NCBI RefSeq assembly: GCF_964355755.1
Contig: NC_092678.1
Location: forward strand, 2,744,422-2,808,421
Source of the DNA: Antedon mediterranea
Taxonomy: Eukaryota > Animalia > Echinodermata
Reading direction: 5' to 3'
Length of the DNA stretch: 64,000 bases
Shown here: one piece after another, positions 51,101-64,000 of the stretch
Numbering within the stretch: the first letter of the stretch is position 1
Layout: each line of letters begins with the position of its first letter
Position numbers and translations under genes: made by a program
Notes under the pieces: generated by a model
What the model was told of the DNA's origin: nothing
The model's database searches: none
What the model saw: the letters and a program-made list of their open reading frames with translations, nothing else

Positions 51101-51353
51101 TATATAGAATTTAATTAAGATAAATGCGTTGAACTCATGACCAACAAATATACACGTATTGATAATTTAGAACATAAATAATGGTAAAAATAAAGTGGTC
51201 AAAACATCCTATATTAAATTATTGTTCTGGCACAAAAACGAATATTAAATTGAGACACGGTCGATTTTTATGGATAGAGTGAAATTTCAGTCTTTAATGG
51301 GACGGCGTACGTTTTGAATTGTTGACTATAAATATAAAGAATATCCTTACCAT
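45143..51353 (-). CDS. Ankyrin-repeat protein with a C-terminal coiled coil ending in CxxCxxC; exons 51353-51351 (ATG, tentative), 49507-49233, 46338-46115, 45678-45143
   Basis: Ankyrin motifs SPLYCAC, TPLHAASHAGH and GDTALHLASTGNH with in-frame GT-AG junctions. An alternative start is ATG 49492. Confidence 0.85.
48490..48693 (-). mobile_element. tRNA-derived SINE
   Basis: Minus strand has an A box TGGCTTTGTGG and a B box GGTTCAAGTCC in a tRNA-like head, then an unrelated body and an A-rich tail. A second copy lies at 8.4 kb. Confidence 0.8.
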
Positions 51354-54069
51354 ATTGTAGGTCTGATGTTGTTGTTTCGATGAAGCTAGATGCAGAACTA
51401 TCCGAATGTACAAGTATATATTGTGCCTATGAATAGGCCTATATAACATAAATAGACGGTAGGCTACAATTTTCTGTCCAGTACAGTTTCGTAAAAATCC
51501 AGCTATGACCTATATGACATAACGTCTGGGTATTTAAACTTCAGGTCATGAAGGACTTCCCTTATGTTACGTGCAGTCCGGTCAGTTAAAAAAAAAATTA
51601 CCCGGAATTTTATGTTTTTACATTTGTATTGGTCACGTGGTTGTTTCATTACGCGGATTACCGGTTCGGTCAAACGGACATTTTTATCATCAAATATGGT
51701 TTTTATTTTTTATAATGAATCGGAAAAAGTAACAATTTAAAGTCGCGGATAAAACTGTACATGTCGCATAATCAACATTGTACCGAACTCTCATAGATTT
51801 TAGTTTCCAGGAAGTAGGCCTACATAAGCTGATTTCTCATTTTCATGATTTAATATTAAATGTAATAATAAATATGACAACGATGATTATTCTAACAACA
51901 TAAACAAGGAATGCTAACTTAATTATGACGTAAGCAATGAGAATTTAACTCACCCTAAGTTGTAGTGCTTTTGTCATCGCCAAGTGCAACCTGGGACTAT
52001 TCTTCTGTAATGAATGACGTCATATTGGGATTGTTTGCTAGGCAACCGATTTATTATTCCTCCGTAGGCTAAACATATTTCAATATTCGTCCTTGATGAT
52101 TGTATATGAATTATAATATCTCTATGAAGTATAGTGACTGTGTTGCTATACGAAGCTCAAATTGTGTCGTCTTCCTCGCACCGCTGTTGAGAAAAACTAT
52201 TTGCTAGATAATGACGAAGGAATACCGTTTGGGGGATTTCCCCTTTCCGCGTGACTGATAATAAGTCTGTGTTCCATGAGGAATAAAAATACGTCCTGCT
52301 ACGGTGATTTTCTATTACTTAACATATTCCTGTTTTTGTATTTGAACCGTCTTTAAACCCCAGAATAATACCTAAATATTAATAGATAATTATTCCCTCA
52401 ACGTAAATATACACCTCGATTTATCTCCATAAAATATACCGTAATGAGTTAGACTTATTAGTGGGGGTGTGAATATCAAAGTACATTTCGACTAAGTATG
52501 GGGCGCCTGTCGAGATATTTTTATTTAAAATTTAAGGCCCGACTGATTCCCTTATTTTTGTTGTTATCAATTATAAATATATAAAAAAAAGAATGGGATA
52601 TATATGTTAAATGTAAATGTAATTATTCGTCCTCAAGCTTAACTGAGAATATTCGGATTAGGACCTCTGCAGGCTAAAGATAAATATGAGGACAATTTTG
52701 ATAAATTAAATGAAAACTGCAGGAAGTATAATCTCAACTGGTATAAAGCAGATGAACAATGTTTTGGTCGTTCGATTTGCACCATAGCAACATGGGGAGT
52801 TTTGGGGTTTTATTGCCACAGAGTGTTTCCGCATCGGTATGCGGCAACAATCGCGCCAGATTATCAAACAGCGTTCTTGTATTCAAAGTGCTCGTACTTT
52901 AAATATTTTTCTCTTTTGATGTAGTATCTGAAGTTTGTTAATACAGAATTTCGCCATAATCCCGCACGGACGGACGTTTTGAAATATTGTATAATAATAT
53001 CCGAGGAGAAACTGGAAGCAGATAACTACCGGTTTACGTACCTCCGGCGGCCATTGTAACGTTCAGTAAATTCATTTTCTTTAAATGCTCAAATGTTTCT
53101 TTTGTATGTTATAATGGAGAAATAATCTTCATGGTATTATCATTGTATAATTTATGAATATGTATATTTAATAGGCTAAAGCTATGTCGACATTATTAAA
53201 CAAGTTTGACAAAAAATTAAGTGTGATGTCCAAATATGGTAGTGATATGCTTAAATATGGTAGTGATATGACATCATCATGTTCATATACATTGTTTTGT
53301 CACATTAAGTTTGATCAAGGAAGAGTTAAATTACTCTTCCCTGGTTTGATAGTGAAGACAAAACTTGATGGTAATTAGGCCCTACGTCGGTACAGTTTTA
53401 TGATAATTAAATTTACCGATATACAAATTGTACAAATCAAAATAAACGAATATTAATTATAATTTAAGTAAACACGGATTGGAAAGTATTTTCAACTTTT
53501 TTATGGGGACAAAAATAAACATACTTTACGCGTAATTTGCTTTACTATAATTTTGTTAATGAAGAGAGGTCATAAATAAATAGTTTTTATATAAAAACAA
53601 CTGATAATTAACTATTGTGGTTTTACTGTGTATTTGGATATATTTCTTTTATTGTCTTTTTGGGAACTACCGTATCTATATCCTGTACAAAAAATTGTCA
53701 TAGATCGAACATTTCGCAGTCAGAGTCACAATCACAATTGTGACATTACAAATTAATCATATCCTGTTATAATGACAATGTGTTTTACTTTTTATCATTA
53801 TAAATTAATACCAGATTTGTGAACGCCGCTGTAAACTGTAAAATCCCGTTGTGTGCTTGTTGTTGTTTAGATTGAAGTTAGTCAACCATATAATAAATTA
53901 ATTTGCATAATTGGACAGCCGAATCTGTAAATTCCCCCCCCCCCCCATCTCGTTCATTTCTCTGAAAATGTAATGCTTTTTAGCAACGCACACCTTATAT
54001 TGTACTAAACCTTGACACAGTTAATGTTTAATCCGAATTACGTTGCTGGCGGATCTCGTATTAGACTAA

Positions 54070-54213
54070 AGCTCTGTCTACACTATCAGACTAGTTTGAC
54101 CAAAAAACGGTGATACTGTATGTCCAAATATGGTAGTGATGTAACTGCATCATGTCCATATTTGGGTACATCACATTTTTTGTCAAATAAAGTTTGATAG
54201 TGTAAACAGAGCT
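54070..54213. mobile_element. PIF/Harbinger-like MITE, family 1
   Basis: TIR AGCTCTGTCTACACTATCA...TGATAGTGTAAACAGAGCT with TAA/TTA flanks. Confidence 0.8.
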
Positions 54214-54661
54214 TTAGATGAAGTGGAGATATTCAACTTGTTTTTACCACTGTGTGTTGTATCAGTAATTATACAATAACAATAACAAAATGGTGACTCA
54301 ATTAATTTGCATACTTTTTATTGATCTAATAAATGTTATTCTATTTTAATATCAAATAATTATACTTGTTTCTTTACCTAAAAACACATGAATTAAATTA
54401 CTGATATAATAAGAAAAAATATATTGTAATGAAATCTACACTATTTTGGTTCCATAAAATGTAAAACTGTCCCTAATATGGGAATAACAACAAAATATGT
54501 AATCTCTCTTGTATAGAAGATCAAGCATTCTTGGAATTGTAAGATGGAATGATTCCTGGAAAAATCATGAAATATTTCCTGGAACACAAGAGTGGGAATT
54601 ATTCCTGTTTTTTGCCTGGAATAAATACATGTTCTGTAATTTCCTCTTCAATAAAATGCAT

Positions 54662-55378
54662 TCATAATTTTCCTTTCCTTACGGCCATTGACACTCCTTT
54701 TTCAGATTTTATTAAGATGTTTCTAAAAACATAAAAGAAAACTATGTAATGTTTTACATTGGCTCTCCAAGTAACAAATACGCAAGTGTTATATTCCTCA
54801 CAGCAGAAGAACTATTTACCCTTTATCATATTCTAGACAGACGACAGGAACTTTACTGCCATCTGTCGACAGTAAAGTAGCTTGTTGTGCTAATGCTGTC
54901 ACCAGTCCAGCAGATTCAAGTAATGCTTCCCCTTTTACTGTATGAAAAAAAGAATGATTAAAATGCGTATATACTATAGGGCCTATATAGTATATCCTAT
55001 CCATGCAAAATGCTTATTTGTATTTTAAAAGGACAATTAAATATAAGCATCCTTACCTCCCAGACACAACCCCTGTTGATCGGTACAAATAACTCCTGAT
55101 ACTCCCGGAGCAGCCATTCTGAAAACATTATAAAACCCTATTAGCTGGGCCTAACAACCTGGATTTATACCTAAAGGGCTGGCGGGGTTCGCTCGATCTC
55201 GCACCGTTAGGTGGATCGTCAAGAGGAAGTAATTAAGAGCCTAGGTTAAATGCAATTAAAATAAGGATAAAAACAAATTATTTGGTATAAATTTCATCTC
55301 ACGACAAATTTAATATTTCGAAGTATACTTAAATATGATTTACGTTTTTTCCAACTGTGTATCCAATTCGTTTTCCAT
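54662..55378 (-). CDS. LAMTOR5: Ragulator subunit LAMTOR5/HBXIP, 91 aa; exons 55378-55344, 55118-55057, 54937-54820, 54722-54662
   Basis: Spliced translation MENELDTQLEKTMAAPGVSGVICTDQQGLCLGVKGEALLESAGLVTALAQQATLLSTDGSKVPVVCLEYDKGNILIKSEKGVSMAVRKGKL. Confidence 0.93.
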
Positions 55379-55442
55379 TATTGTAATATATTTCCGATCA
55401 AAACACACCGACAATTGTTTTCGTGTTTTTCCTGCGTGTGGT

Positions 55443-55452
55443 GTCACATGAC
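55443..55452. promoter_or_regulatory. CLEAR-like (TFEB/MITF) E-box upstream of LAMTOR5
   Basis: GTCACATGAC, one mismatch from GTCACGTGAC, 65 bp upstream of the ATG of a lysosomal gene. Confidence 0.5.
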
Positions 55453-56125
55453 TCTGGTATTTAAAGTTTGCCAGAATGTCTAGATTAAAGTATTTTTAAC
55501 TTAAATAAATAAATCTTATACTAAAGACTTACTATAGCATAAGAATATAATTTTGAAACGTCATATACTGACTGTACATTCAAGTGATAAAGTGGAAATA
55601 ATAAAAATAAATATATGTTTAGAATAAATAAATGATGTTACCAAATGTGTTAAATAAAATGGGTAAAATGGAAAGGGAATCTGGAAACACACCATTGGAA
55701 GAACGGGAAAAACAAAAGTATACCCTTTTGTCAGCTCAAGTATATTCATTTTTGTACAATTTGTAGGTAAATAAAAGTAACTATAATACTATTCCAAGGT
55801 GGAACATAGTACGATATACTATATGATGTTAACAAACATTTATACGTTATAGAAATTATGTTTTTTAGATAATAATAAAATAGCCTACCTACCTAGGCTA
55901 GCTAGGCCTCTACTATAGCTAGAGAGAGTGTGTAGGTAGGCTAGTCTATGCACCTGTCACCTGTGTAGTTAGGCTACAGGCAGTGCCTACAGAGCACAAT
56001 GACAGTGTGTGACTGGACTTATTATCTTGTTTGACTTATGACAATAGGCGGATCACATGCGTTTATATTGCTCATTTATTTTTAACTAAACTTTATCACT
56101 TCCCTTATTTTCAGACGTCTTGAAG

Positions 56126-59100
56126 ATGCAGGCAGAATCTGACAACCAGAATGCAATTGAAGATGTGTCGGAAAGAAGTCTGTGTGAGGAGACATCAGTT
56201 TCTGATGCTGTAACAAAAGCTTCTTTGGAAGCAAAGAGTAAAGAAAGTGTGTGTCAAGATATGGGGTTATTACATGATCTTAGCTCTCCAGAAAGCAAAG
56301 ACAAAGTATGTGGGTCATTACCAGAAGTTGCCAGTTCTACAACTGAAGTTTCTGAAAGTTTGCATGAAAACTTGTTACCAGTGAAATGTGAAGAAGCAAA
56401 GAGTGCTGCATCAGAAACAGTAGAGAGGACAAGAGAAGGAAGTGATTACAATGGTTCCTCGGCTGATGTTACTCCAGCAGAAGAAGTTTCTGAAAATCCT
56501 GACAATAAACTATCAATTGTTGTTGCTTTACCAGCGGAATGTGATGGAGCAAGGAGTACAGAAATTGTAGAGAATGCAAAGCAAGAAAGTGAGGACAATA
56601 GTTTTTCAGCTAACGTTACAACTCCAGCAGAAGAAGTTGATAAAAATTGGGAGAATAAACTACCAACAGAATGTGAAAATACAAAGAGTGTAGAAGGTGT
56701 TTGTCAAGAGAAGATGCTATGTAGTTCTAACTCAGTAAAAAATTTAGGAAAGAAGACAAGTTCAAGAAATGGTGGTGATCTTTCAATAGCTGCAGTTAGG
56801 CCTAAGATTTTATTACGTAGGTTGCCAGAAAATGTAGAAAAGACAACTAAAGTCAATGATGGTAAGTTCACATGTGAATTACAAACCCAACCAGCCAGGA
56901 ATGCACTTGTCAATTGTATGACCCACCATACGACCCCCGGGAGAGATGCGTCATTTGTCCGATGTGCATCATTTGACGAAAAATATGACTTATCTTTAAG
57001 TGGCCATGACACACCCATTTTGACGCACTGTGACCATGTTGGTATGATGATATGGTGGGTGGTAAAGTGACTGACATTGACACACCATTGTTCACTGATG
57101 TGACGTACCATCTAGGTTTTTTGATGCAACCCTATTATTTGTAAATGATGTATACATGACGAACCCCTCTCCCAAAGGGTCATATAGTGGGTCATACAAT
57201 TGAAAATAGCATTGTGCCACCTCAATTGCATGACTAAAAAGTCTTTCACACCTGTTCCGATCTGGCGCTGGTAAAGAAAGTCATGTGTGAAAGACCGTTT
57301 AACTTTTTTTATTCATCTACGCAGATGTAATTGTATATTGCTTTTTTGTTGTTGCAGAAAGTCAACATTTACGTAAAATAGAAAATGGTGAAATAGGTAA
57401 AGACAGCTCTAATGCATCTGAACAGAAATCAATATTAGCAGAACAAAGTGATTCCAAGGCAGCATCAATTGTCAAGAAGAGAAGAGGCAGAAGAGGTGGC
57501 AAGAAAGTTCAGAATCCTCCAGGTAAGATGATGATGATTGGCATTGGCTTTTAGTGATGTCGATTTTCTTCATGATATGGTACTCAATTATAATATTTTA
57601 ACACTTTATGACATTTTTCAAACTATTTTATCAAAATATATCATGGTTGAATACCAAGGAATATCTTTTCCAGCTACACTATTAAACTTTATGTGACAAA
57701 AAATGTGATCTGCCCATATATGGACATGATGTCATATCACTACCATATTTAAGCATACCACTACCATATTTGAGCACATCACACTTTTTGTTTGTCAAAT
57801 AATAATGAGTGCACTTTGTACACATGCTTATGATTTAAAAACTACACTTTAGTTATGGAACTTCATTTCTACTTTCAGTTTTAGGTTATCATATAGGTTA
57901 CTGCTATGTATGTCACTATGCGTTGTATTCTACAAGAGCGGCCATTAACCATTTCAAAGGAAACCAACATCAAGATAGAATGCAGATGATAGAGGCCATG
58001 ACAAAGAATAGAAATGGTAAGTGACCTCTGTGATATATAAGGGGATCTTACCTACTGAGCTGACTTGATAGTGGTGCGACATGGGCAGGAATTTTAAAAG
58101 CTCACAAAATTTATTGTTTTACATCTAAATGTAATAGGCCTATACTCATTATACAAACTTTGAATGACAATTTATTCCCTCTTTTCTTTCAAAATAATCA
58201 TGTTCATCTCAGCAACAGAAAGACAGACGTCAACCAGGACAACAGATGCAAATAGGAAATTCTTTTGCCAAGTGTGCGAAAAATATGTTAACTCTGCCCA
58301 GCAATTAAGTAAGGTAATTAACTGTGTTATTAAATGTATGAATACTGCCTTCAGACGTTGACCTCATATCATTTCTTTAATGCTTGTATGTTATTATCTT
58401 TTATGTCAGAGTATGTAAATTAATTTTACTTGAAACTTGATTAAAATATAGTCTACCACTGTTAACTTTCCTGAAACCGAACTTAATTAAAAATTACAAC
58501 TTCATATGTTTGTTTTTTTTTACAGCATACAGAAAGTAACAGGCATAAGAAGAAAGTGCAGAACAGAGAAGAAGGGAATGGTTCAAATGATGCATCTGAA
58601 AATGGCAACCAATCACAGAATGCAAATTTGAATGGTGATCAGGTAACCGGTCAAATGGTTCAAAGCAGTAATGCAAAAGATGCGCACAGTAAAGATAGCC
58701 AGGTAACCTGTACAACTTTTAATAACAATTCAAAAGATGCAAATGTTGATTCAAAAGATGCACATGTTGATTCAAAAGATGCACATGTTGATTCAAAAGA
58801 TGCACATGTTGATTCAAAAGATGCACATGTTGATTCAAAAGATGCACATGTTGATTCAAAAGATGCACATGTTGATTCAAAAGATGCACATGTTGATCGT
58901 AACCAAGTAACCAGTGCATCTGTGCATAACAGTTCAGAAGATACAAGAAGCAATAATAAACAATTAAATAATGCAAGCAACCAATCAAAAGATACACATG
59001 TGGATTTGAAGAAGGAAAAACCTATAGTACTCTTAAAACGCAAATTACCAGACAGTAAAAGAGATACAAGTAAAGATGAACAAATTGAAAATAGACACAA

Positions 59101-59452
59101 ACAAACTAATCCAAAAACTTTACCATCACCCTCTGAAATGGATTTCCATAGATACGACGAGTGGTTGCATTGTCAATGGCCAATGGTTCCTCAAGGAAGG
59201 GGTAGGGCATTAAACCTGCACAGAAGAGGGGGTAGAGACGGAACATGGCAAAGCAATATAGAAAATCACCATCCTAGTTTTAACAGTAACATGCACTACT
59301 ATCATGCAGCTCCTTTAAGAGGACGTGGTAGGGGAATTGGACGACAACCGGTTTATAGTCATCTTAGAGAGGAAATCCATTTACGACCTCAATCTTCTTC
59401 AAACTATGCCTATTCTGAATTTGGACATAGTCATGGTTATAACATGCTGTGA
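56126..59452 (+). CDS. Low-complexity protein with two matrin/U1-type C2H2 zinc fingers (ZNF385/ZMAT-like); exons 56126-56861, 57358-57522, 57879-58016, 58213-58313, 58526-59452
   Basis: Fingers YCYVCHYALYSTRAAINHFKGNQH and FCQVCEKYVNSAQQLSKHTESNRH, an acidic N-terminus, a basic KKRRGRRGGKK and an RG-rich C-terminus. Junctions keep frame. Confidence 0.8.
56899..57213. mobile_element. Non-autonomous inverted-repeat element in an intron
   Basis: tcaattgtatgacccac at about 56910 and gtgggtcatacaattga at about 57187. Confidence 0.55.
58730..58897 (+). repeat. Coding 21-bp tandem repeat (DSKDAHV), about 8 copies
   Basis: gattcaaaagatgcacatgtt repeated in frame. Confidence 0.95.
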
Positions 59453-60388
59453 TTTATCAAACTGGTCACTTCACAATCATTGTATTTAATATAGAGTGGT
59501 CAAAATCTTCACTGAATTACTTTGTAGTGGTCAATCCGCTCATCTGTCAATCAAATAACATTGAAGACGGTGTTTTGTAGGAAATGATCAACACATACAT
59601 GGTTTTTTAAAGTGTTGACGCGACCAGAGTTTGCTAGGCAATTTGAAAGTATTTGCGCTTATCACATTCTTTCAGGTCATAGGTATCCAATTAGCTAATT
59701 TTCCTTATTTATTTTCTAATTTTTCATAATCATAACTATAAAAATATATTTTGAAATTAATTAATTTAAAGCTGGTAAAACGACAATACATTAATGATTG
59801 TACTGTATTTGTTTTTATTTTTCTTATTAAGAGTTTATGAATTTATTGTCATTAAAGGTTGAGATAAACATTTTGAAATAAATTATCTAAAATACCACCA
59901 CATAAATATTTGTGATGTATGATTTTTTTATGTATGATGTAGGTATTAGTTTTTAGCAAACACAAAAATATTTTAAGCACAAATTCAAGAGAGTATTCAA
60001 GCGAATATGATATTGTTTTTTGGGTCGATGTGTAGCACCATTACACGTCAATTCAATACATACATACTTTCTATTTTATGTTTGTTATTATAACAATTTC
60101 AAAATAATTTTTTACATAAAGAAACTTTAATATTACATATCACACATTGGGTATGGTTGTCACAAAAAAGTTGTAAAAAAAAAAGTATTAAACTGGGTAC
60201 AAAATAATAGTACCCAGCAATCATATCAGTTTGTTAAAATAAATATATTAAAAACTATATTGCACTAATTTTGATATTCATGAAATTAGTTTAATAAAAT
60301 GGATTTATTTTATGAAATATTTAAAGTTAAAGTTGATTTGAAAATACTTTTAAATTATCCATTTAGGACCATGTCTATAAGGTTCAAT

Positions 60389-63300
60389 CTATATTGTTAG
60401 TGATGACTTTGGCCTAGCCTGTGACCTTGGGGGCTTAGACCTGGCAGAAGTGTACGGCCGGTTATTTATGCTTATTTTCTTGTCAGCTTTACTCTCTGTT
60501 GTAGGTTGTCGCTGTCTACTAGTCTTGGGCCTTTCTAACCAGCGTAGATTGCGTTCATGTATAATCAAAGAGGAGGATCGTTCTGGTGATGGTGGCGTCG
60601 ATGGTATTGTGATAGTCTGGAAAGAACTTGAACCTGAAAAGTGATAATAATTTCAAGAATAACATTTTTTTCAGTTTGGTCAAAACATAGACTATTATCT
60701 AAACTAATTTTCACCTTTACTCCCAATACTTTGTCTACAGTAATGGTCAAGATGATTTGGACATGTGCAGAGGCTCGGTACAAGTATTCTGAAGATTACC
60801 CAAGAGCAAGAGGAGGACAGAAAGATTAAAATGGGGATTATTGGAATAGAGTGGAGAGAGAGATGTTTCCTTTTGGTGAGTATCAAAGCTTAACAATATT
60901 TGTAACTTACTGAGTGAGGACAGTGCTAAACTCTGCTCATTCTTAGTCTGCTTTGGTTGGCCACTCTTTGTCTCTGTGAGATTCTCTAATATGCCATCAA
61001 GCAACGTCTCAAATGAGGTCAAATCATGAGCTGCGAATCTACCTTGCCAGGCTACATGACCTATGAAATAAATTCATAAAATTGTGTATTAGCAACATTC
61101 AGAAGCGTCTGAAAACAGCTCTGAAGTAACAGTTGGTTTATGGAGAGTCCTAGATAATGCCTGTGAAGACTACATAACTACCTCAGATGTAAATTTCTGT
61201 CTACACTATCAAACTTTGTGACATCATATCACTACCCTATTTATATTTGGGCATATCACACATTTTTTGTCAAACTAGTTTAATTGTTCTATTATTTATG
61301 TTTTGTTTTATACTATAAATATTGTTCAGGTAGTGTCCATACCATCAGGATGTAATATAACTAGTGTTGGAACTCCTATCACTCCAAATAACTCTGGAAC
61401 TGAAATCTTGTCATTGTGTGAACTGCGTGTCATGTCTAGACTGACTGTACTGTGACGACGACCTTTACCACTTGAGGCTGTGTGAAACAGAACAAATATT
61501 TTTTAATCTCTACAACCAAAAACCATAAACCAATAAAGTAGAATGAAAATTGTATGTCCGATGATCCACACACACTGAGAATTCACTCCATATGTTAGAC
61601 AAGTTTTCGAGAAAGTTTTATGAGGCACACAAGCCGCGGCTTCATGTATCTCTACTTCAAGGTAATCAAGTTAGGTAGATCTAAATTACTATCACCTGTA
61701 TAATTATGTAAATATATAATTTACATTATATAGATAAGACATTTATATTGAAACAAAACTGTTAAAACGATTACAAACCTAGTAAGATCTTGGAAACCGA
61801 AGATGTTTGTCGTCTTGGGTTTAACCCCGCATGTTTTGTATGACAGCAGCAGCAGTGTCGTATTGTTTTATCGTCCCGCCAATTATTACCCACAATGACT
61901 TGCATCAAAGAATGACGGTGAATACCTGTGGACTCGTTGCTTGCACAACAACAAGCTATACATGACACCTAAAGAGAAGATATAAAAATACCATTGAATT
62001 TTTTTTTATTAGGTCTAAATTGAAGTCTAATTGAAGCTCTAACAAGCAAACAGCAGTAAGTAATTCACACTCCTGGTTTTAACTAAGCTAATTAATATTT
62101 TTTTTGTTTTTTGTGTGCACTTAAAATAAATCTGTTCGGTTACACATGTCACTTTTTAATCAACTTTATAATTTTTTTTTTTCAGTTTATTGGCCAATAA
62201 AATGTTTTACCATTGAAGCTTTCTTCTTTGCATATGCCACGAAAAATGTCAAAATCTTTGAGCTAGCCAGGCACCTGTAACGAGTAAGTAAAGGTAAGGT
62301 AAAATAATCTTGCAGACAAATATTTAGATACTGTAATATGGATGGATAATTGCTTAAAACAGTCATCATTGCACTGTACTGATTATTAATATATGCAATG
62401 TCAATGGCTTCTTTTGATATAATACACACTGTTTATTGCAGTTTATACATTTACAGTCATTATTGCTATAATAATAATAATGTTACTGCAGTAAACACAC
62501 TGCAAGTGCCATAGAATAATGTGACTTGATCCCTTTCTAACAAACAATTGTTACCATTTTGTCCAGAAAAGGATGACGGTTGGATTCCTATTGGTTATTT
62601 TAGTTGGAATCAATAAATGCCATGAGCCATCAAATACGTCAACCACGCTAACAGATGCTGGCGGGATCTTGCGCCTTTTGAAGCCTTGATGCAACGCAGT
62701 GATGTTGTTGAAATTATTCGGGCTGATTTCTCTCATAAGACTGTCAATATATGCACAGCTACCAACTCTTGGAAACCTTGGAAAGACATTTAGAATAAGT
62801 AAGAATTATTTATTATTTTTATTTTATAAAGATGATTATAATATCTTTTGAATTAACTATGGTGTGTCTTTCTTTAAAATTCTGTAGACTAACACAGTAG
62901 AATAATTATTTTATAACACAAGTTACTAGTTACAAAAACTACTAAAACCCAGTGAAATTCTAAAAGTTGTATTTAAATAATTATTCTATTTATACCTTGT
63001 TTCCTTTGAATGAATAGAGTGAAAACAATAACTAGAAAAGGGTTTGAAAGGAGATGTGTTGACAATGATGACATCAGAGGGTTCACTGTCTCCTACAGCA
63101 TGATTCGTTGTTGCTACCACAGTAATCTTGTTGTTTGGATGGTAAGCACTCAACTATAAACAAGATTATTATGAAATGTATATAAATGTGCAGGCATAGA
63201 AAAACTCTAAAAATTAATAAACTTGAAATTATTATGAATTTATAAATGTGAAGATGATGAAATCTGTGAGAATGAGAAAAGGCCACTCCAACCGGAATCT

Positions 63301-64000
63301 TCTGTTTTTAAAACAAGGCATATATACAAATAACAATAAAAGAAATGTTTTCACATCACTAGGTTTTACCGTCATTTCTGTTTCCTTGATTTGATGTTGA
63401 TAACAATATCAATTCAAAGTATTTAATTTCAAATATCTTCTTTCTAGGATCAATAGTACTAAATTGACTGATAATGAAGCTGTAAATGTTCTAGTTACCT
63501 TAAGCACCATTTCATTAACATGTTCATGGACTTGGAAGCCATTTTGTTTGCCATTCACATAGACTTTGTATCCAGTGACAACTGCATCACCATCATCTCT
63601 CACCTGTTCCCAAGTAAGCATTACTTCTACTGCTCCTGTCACAGTACAACAATAAATATGTAAAGTAAGTTTATTATGTTTTGTTTTTTAACTTTAAAAG
63701 TTTTAAAAATTGAATTCAATTAAAACATAAATCCCTACATACCTGTGAAAGCATGTAAAGCCTCTAAGCACTGTTTTAAATAACCTTCGACCTCTCCCAA
63801 GGAACCCAAGACATCTGAAAGCTGTGGATAAAGTTGTATGTGTTAGTATGCTTTGATTGAATATTAAAACTATTCATTTTTAATGTCTTAGTTTCGGAAA
63901 GTAAGTTAGAGAAAGTCTTTGATTGTAATTGGTCTAACCTGAAGGTCAGTCTGTGTGCTCGCTGCTGCATGACGTAGACCCTGACTGCTATGAAACACAA
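60389..64000 (-). CDS. 3' part of a multi-exon gene with a fibronectin type III domain and a C-terminal thioredoxin/TlpA-like domain (gene extends past the window; last-exon frame ambiguous, stop at 60565 or 60389)
   Basis: FN3-like LTWEQ...VTGYKVYVNG at about 63500-63640. Spliced ILFWTKW|CLAS (62554/62274) and FGVIGVPTLVILHPDG|HVAWQG (about 61340/61060). Confidence 0.7.

Noticed and set aside
56862-57070. 3' part of the 316-aa ORF as coding sequence
   Set aside because: A strong donor G|GTAAGT at 56861 joins the next exon in frame, and the remainder reads into an inverted-repeat element.
58660-59100. Antisense ORFs with CASFEST or LLNQHVH repeats
   Set aside because: They are shadows of the coding 21-bp repeat on the + strand.

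Overview
AT-rich, intron-rich animal genomic DNA, probably an invertebrate deuterostome and possibly an echinoderm (inferred from gene content and repeat style). Protein-coding genes: the terminal exon of dystroglycan (DAG1,+), glycerate kinase (GLYCTK,+), a TCTA-like single-pass membrane protein (-), an SLC41 Mg2+ transporter (+), an ankyrin/coiled-coil gene (-), LAMTOR5 (-), a matrin-type zinc-finger gene (+) and the 3' part of an FN3 plus thioredoxin-like gene (-). MITEs, SINEs and LINE fragments are scattered through the window. The most striking part is the ORF-less interval between DAG1 and GLYCTK (about 8.6-24.4 kb). Two divergent spliced non-coding transcription units there share three identically spaced promoter blocks. 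Each is predicted by hand to fold into long irregular duplexes whose mismatches are mostly G-U or U-U, and only on the inferred transcribed strand. The larger unit has a roughly 4.5-kb last exon whose long stem encloses two arrays of about 58 28-30-nt repeats. That stem ends at an AATAAA and is followed by a cluster of CTCF-like motifs. All structures and gene models were derived by eye; none has been computed or searched.
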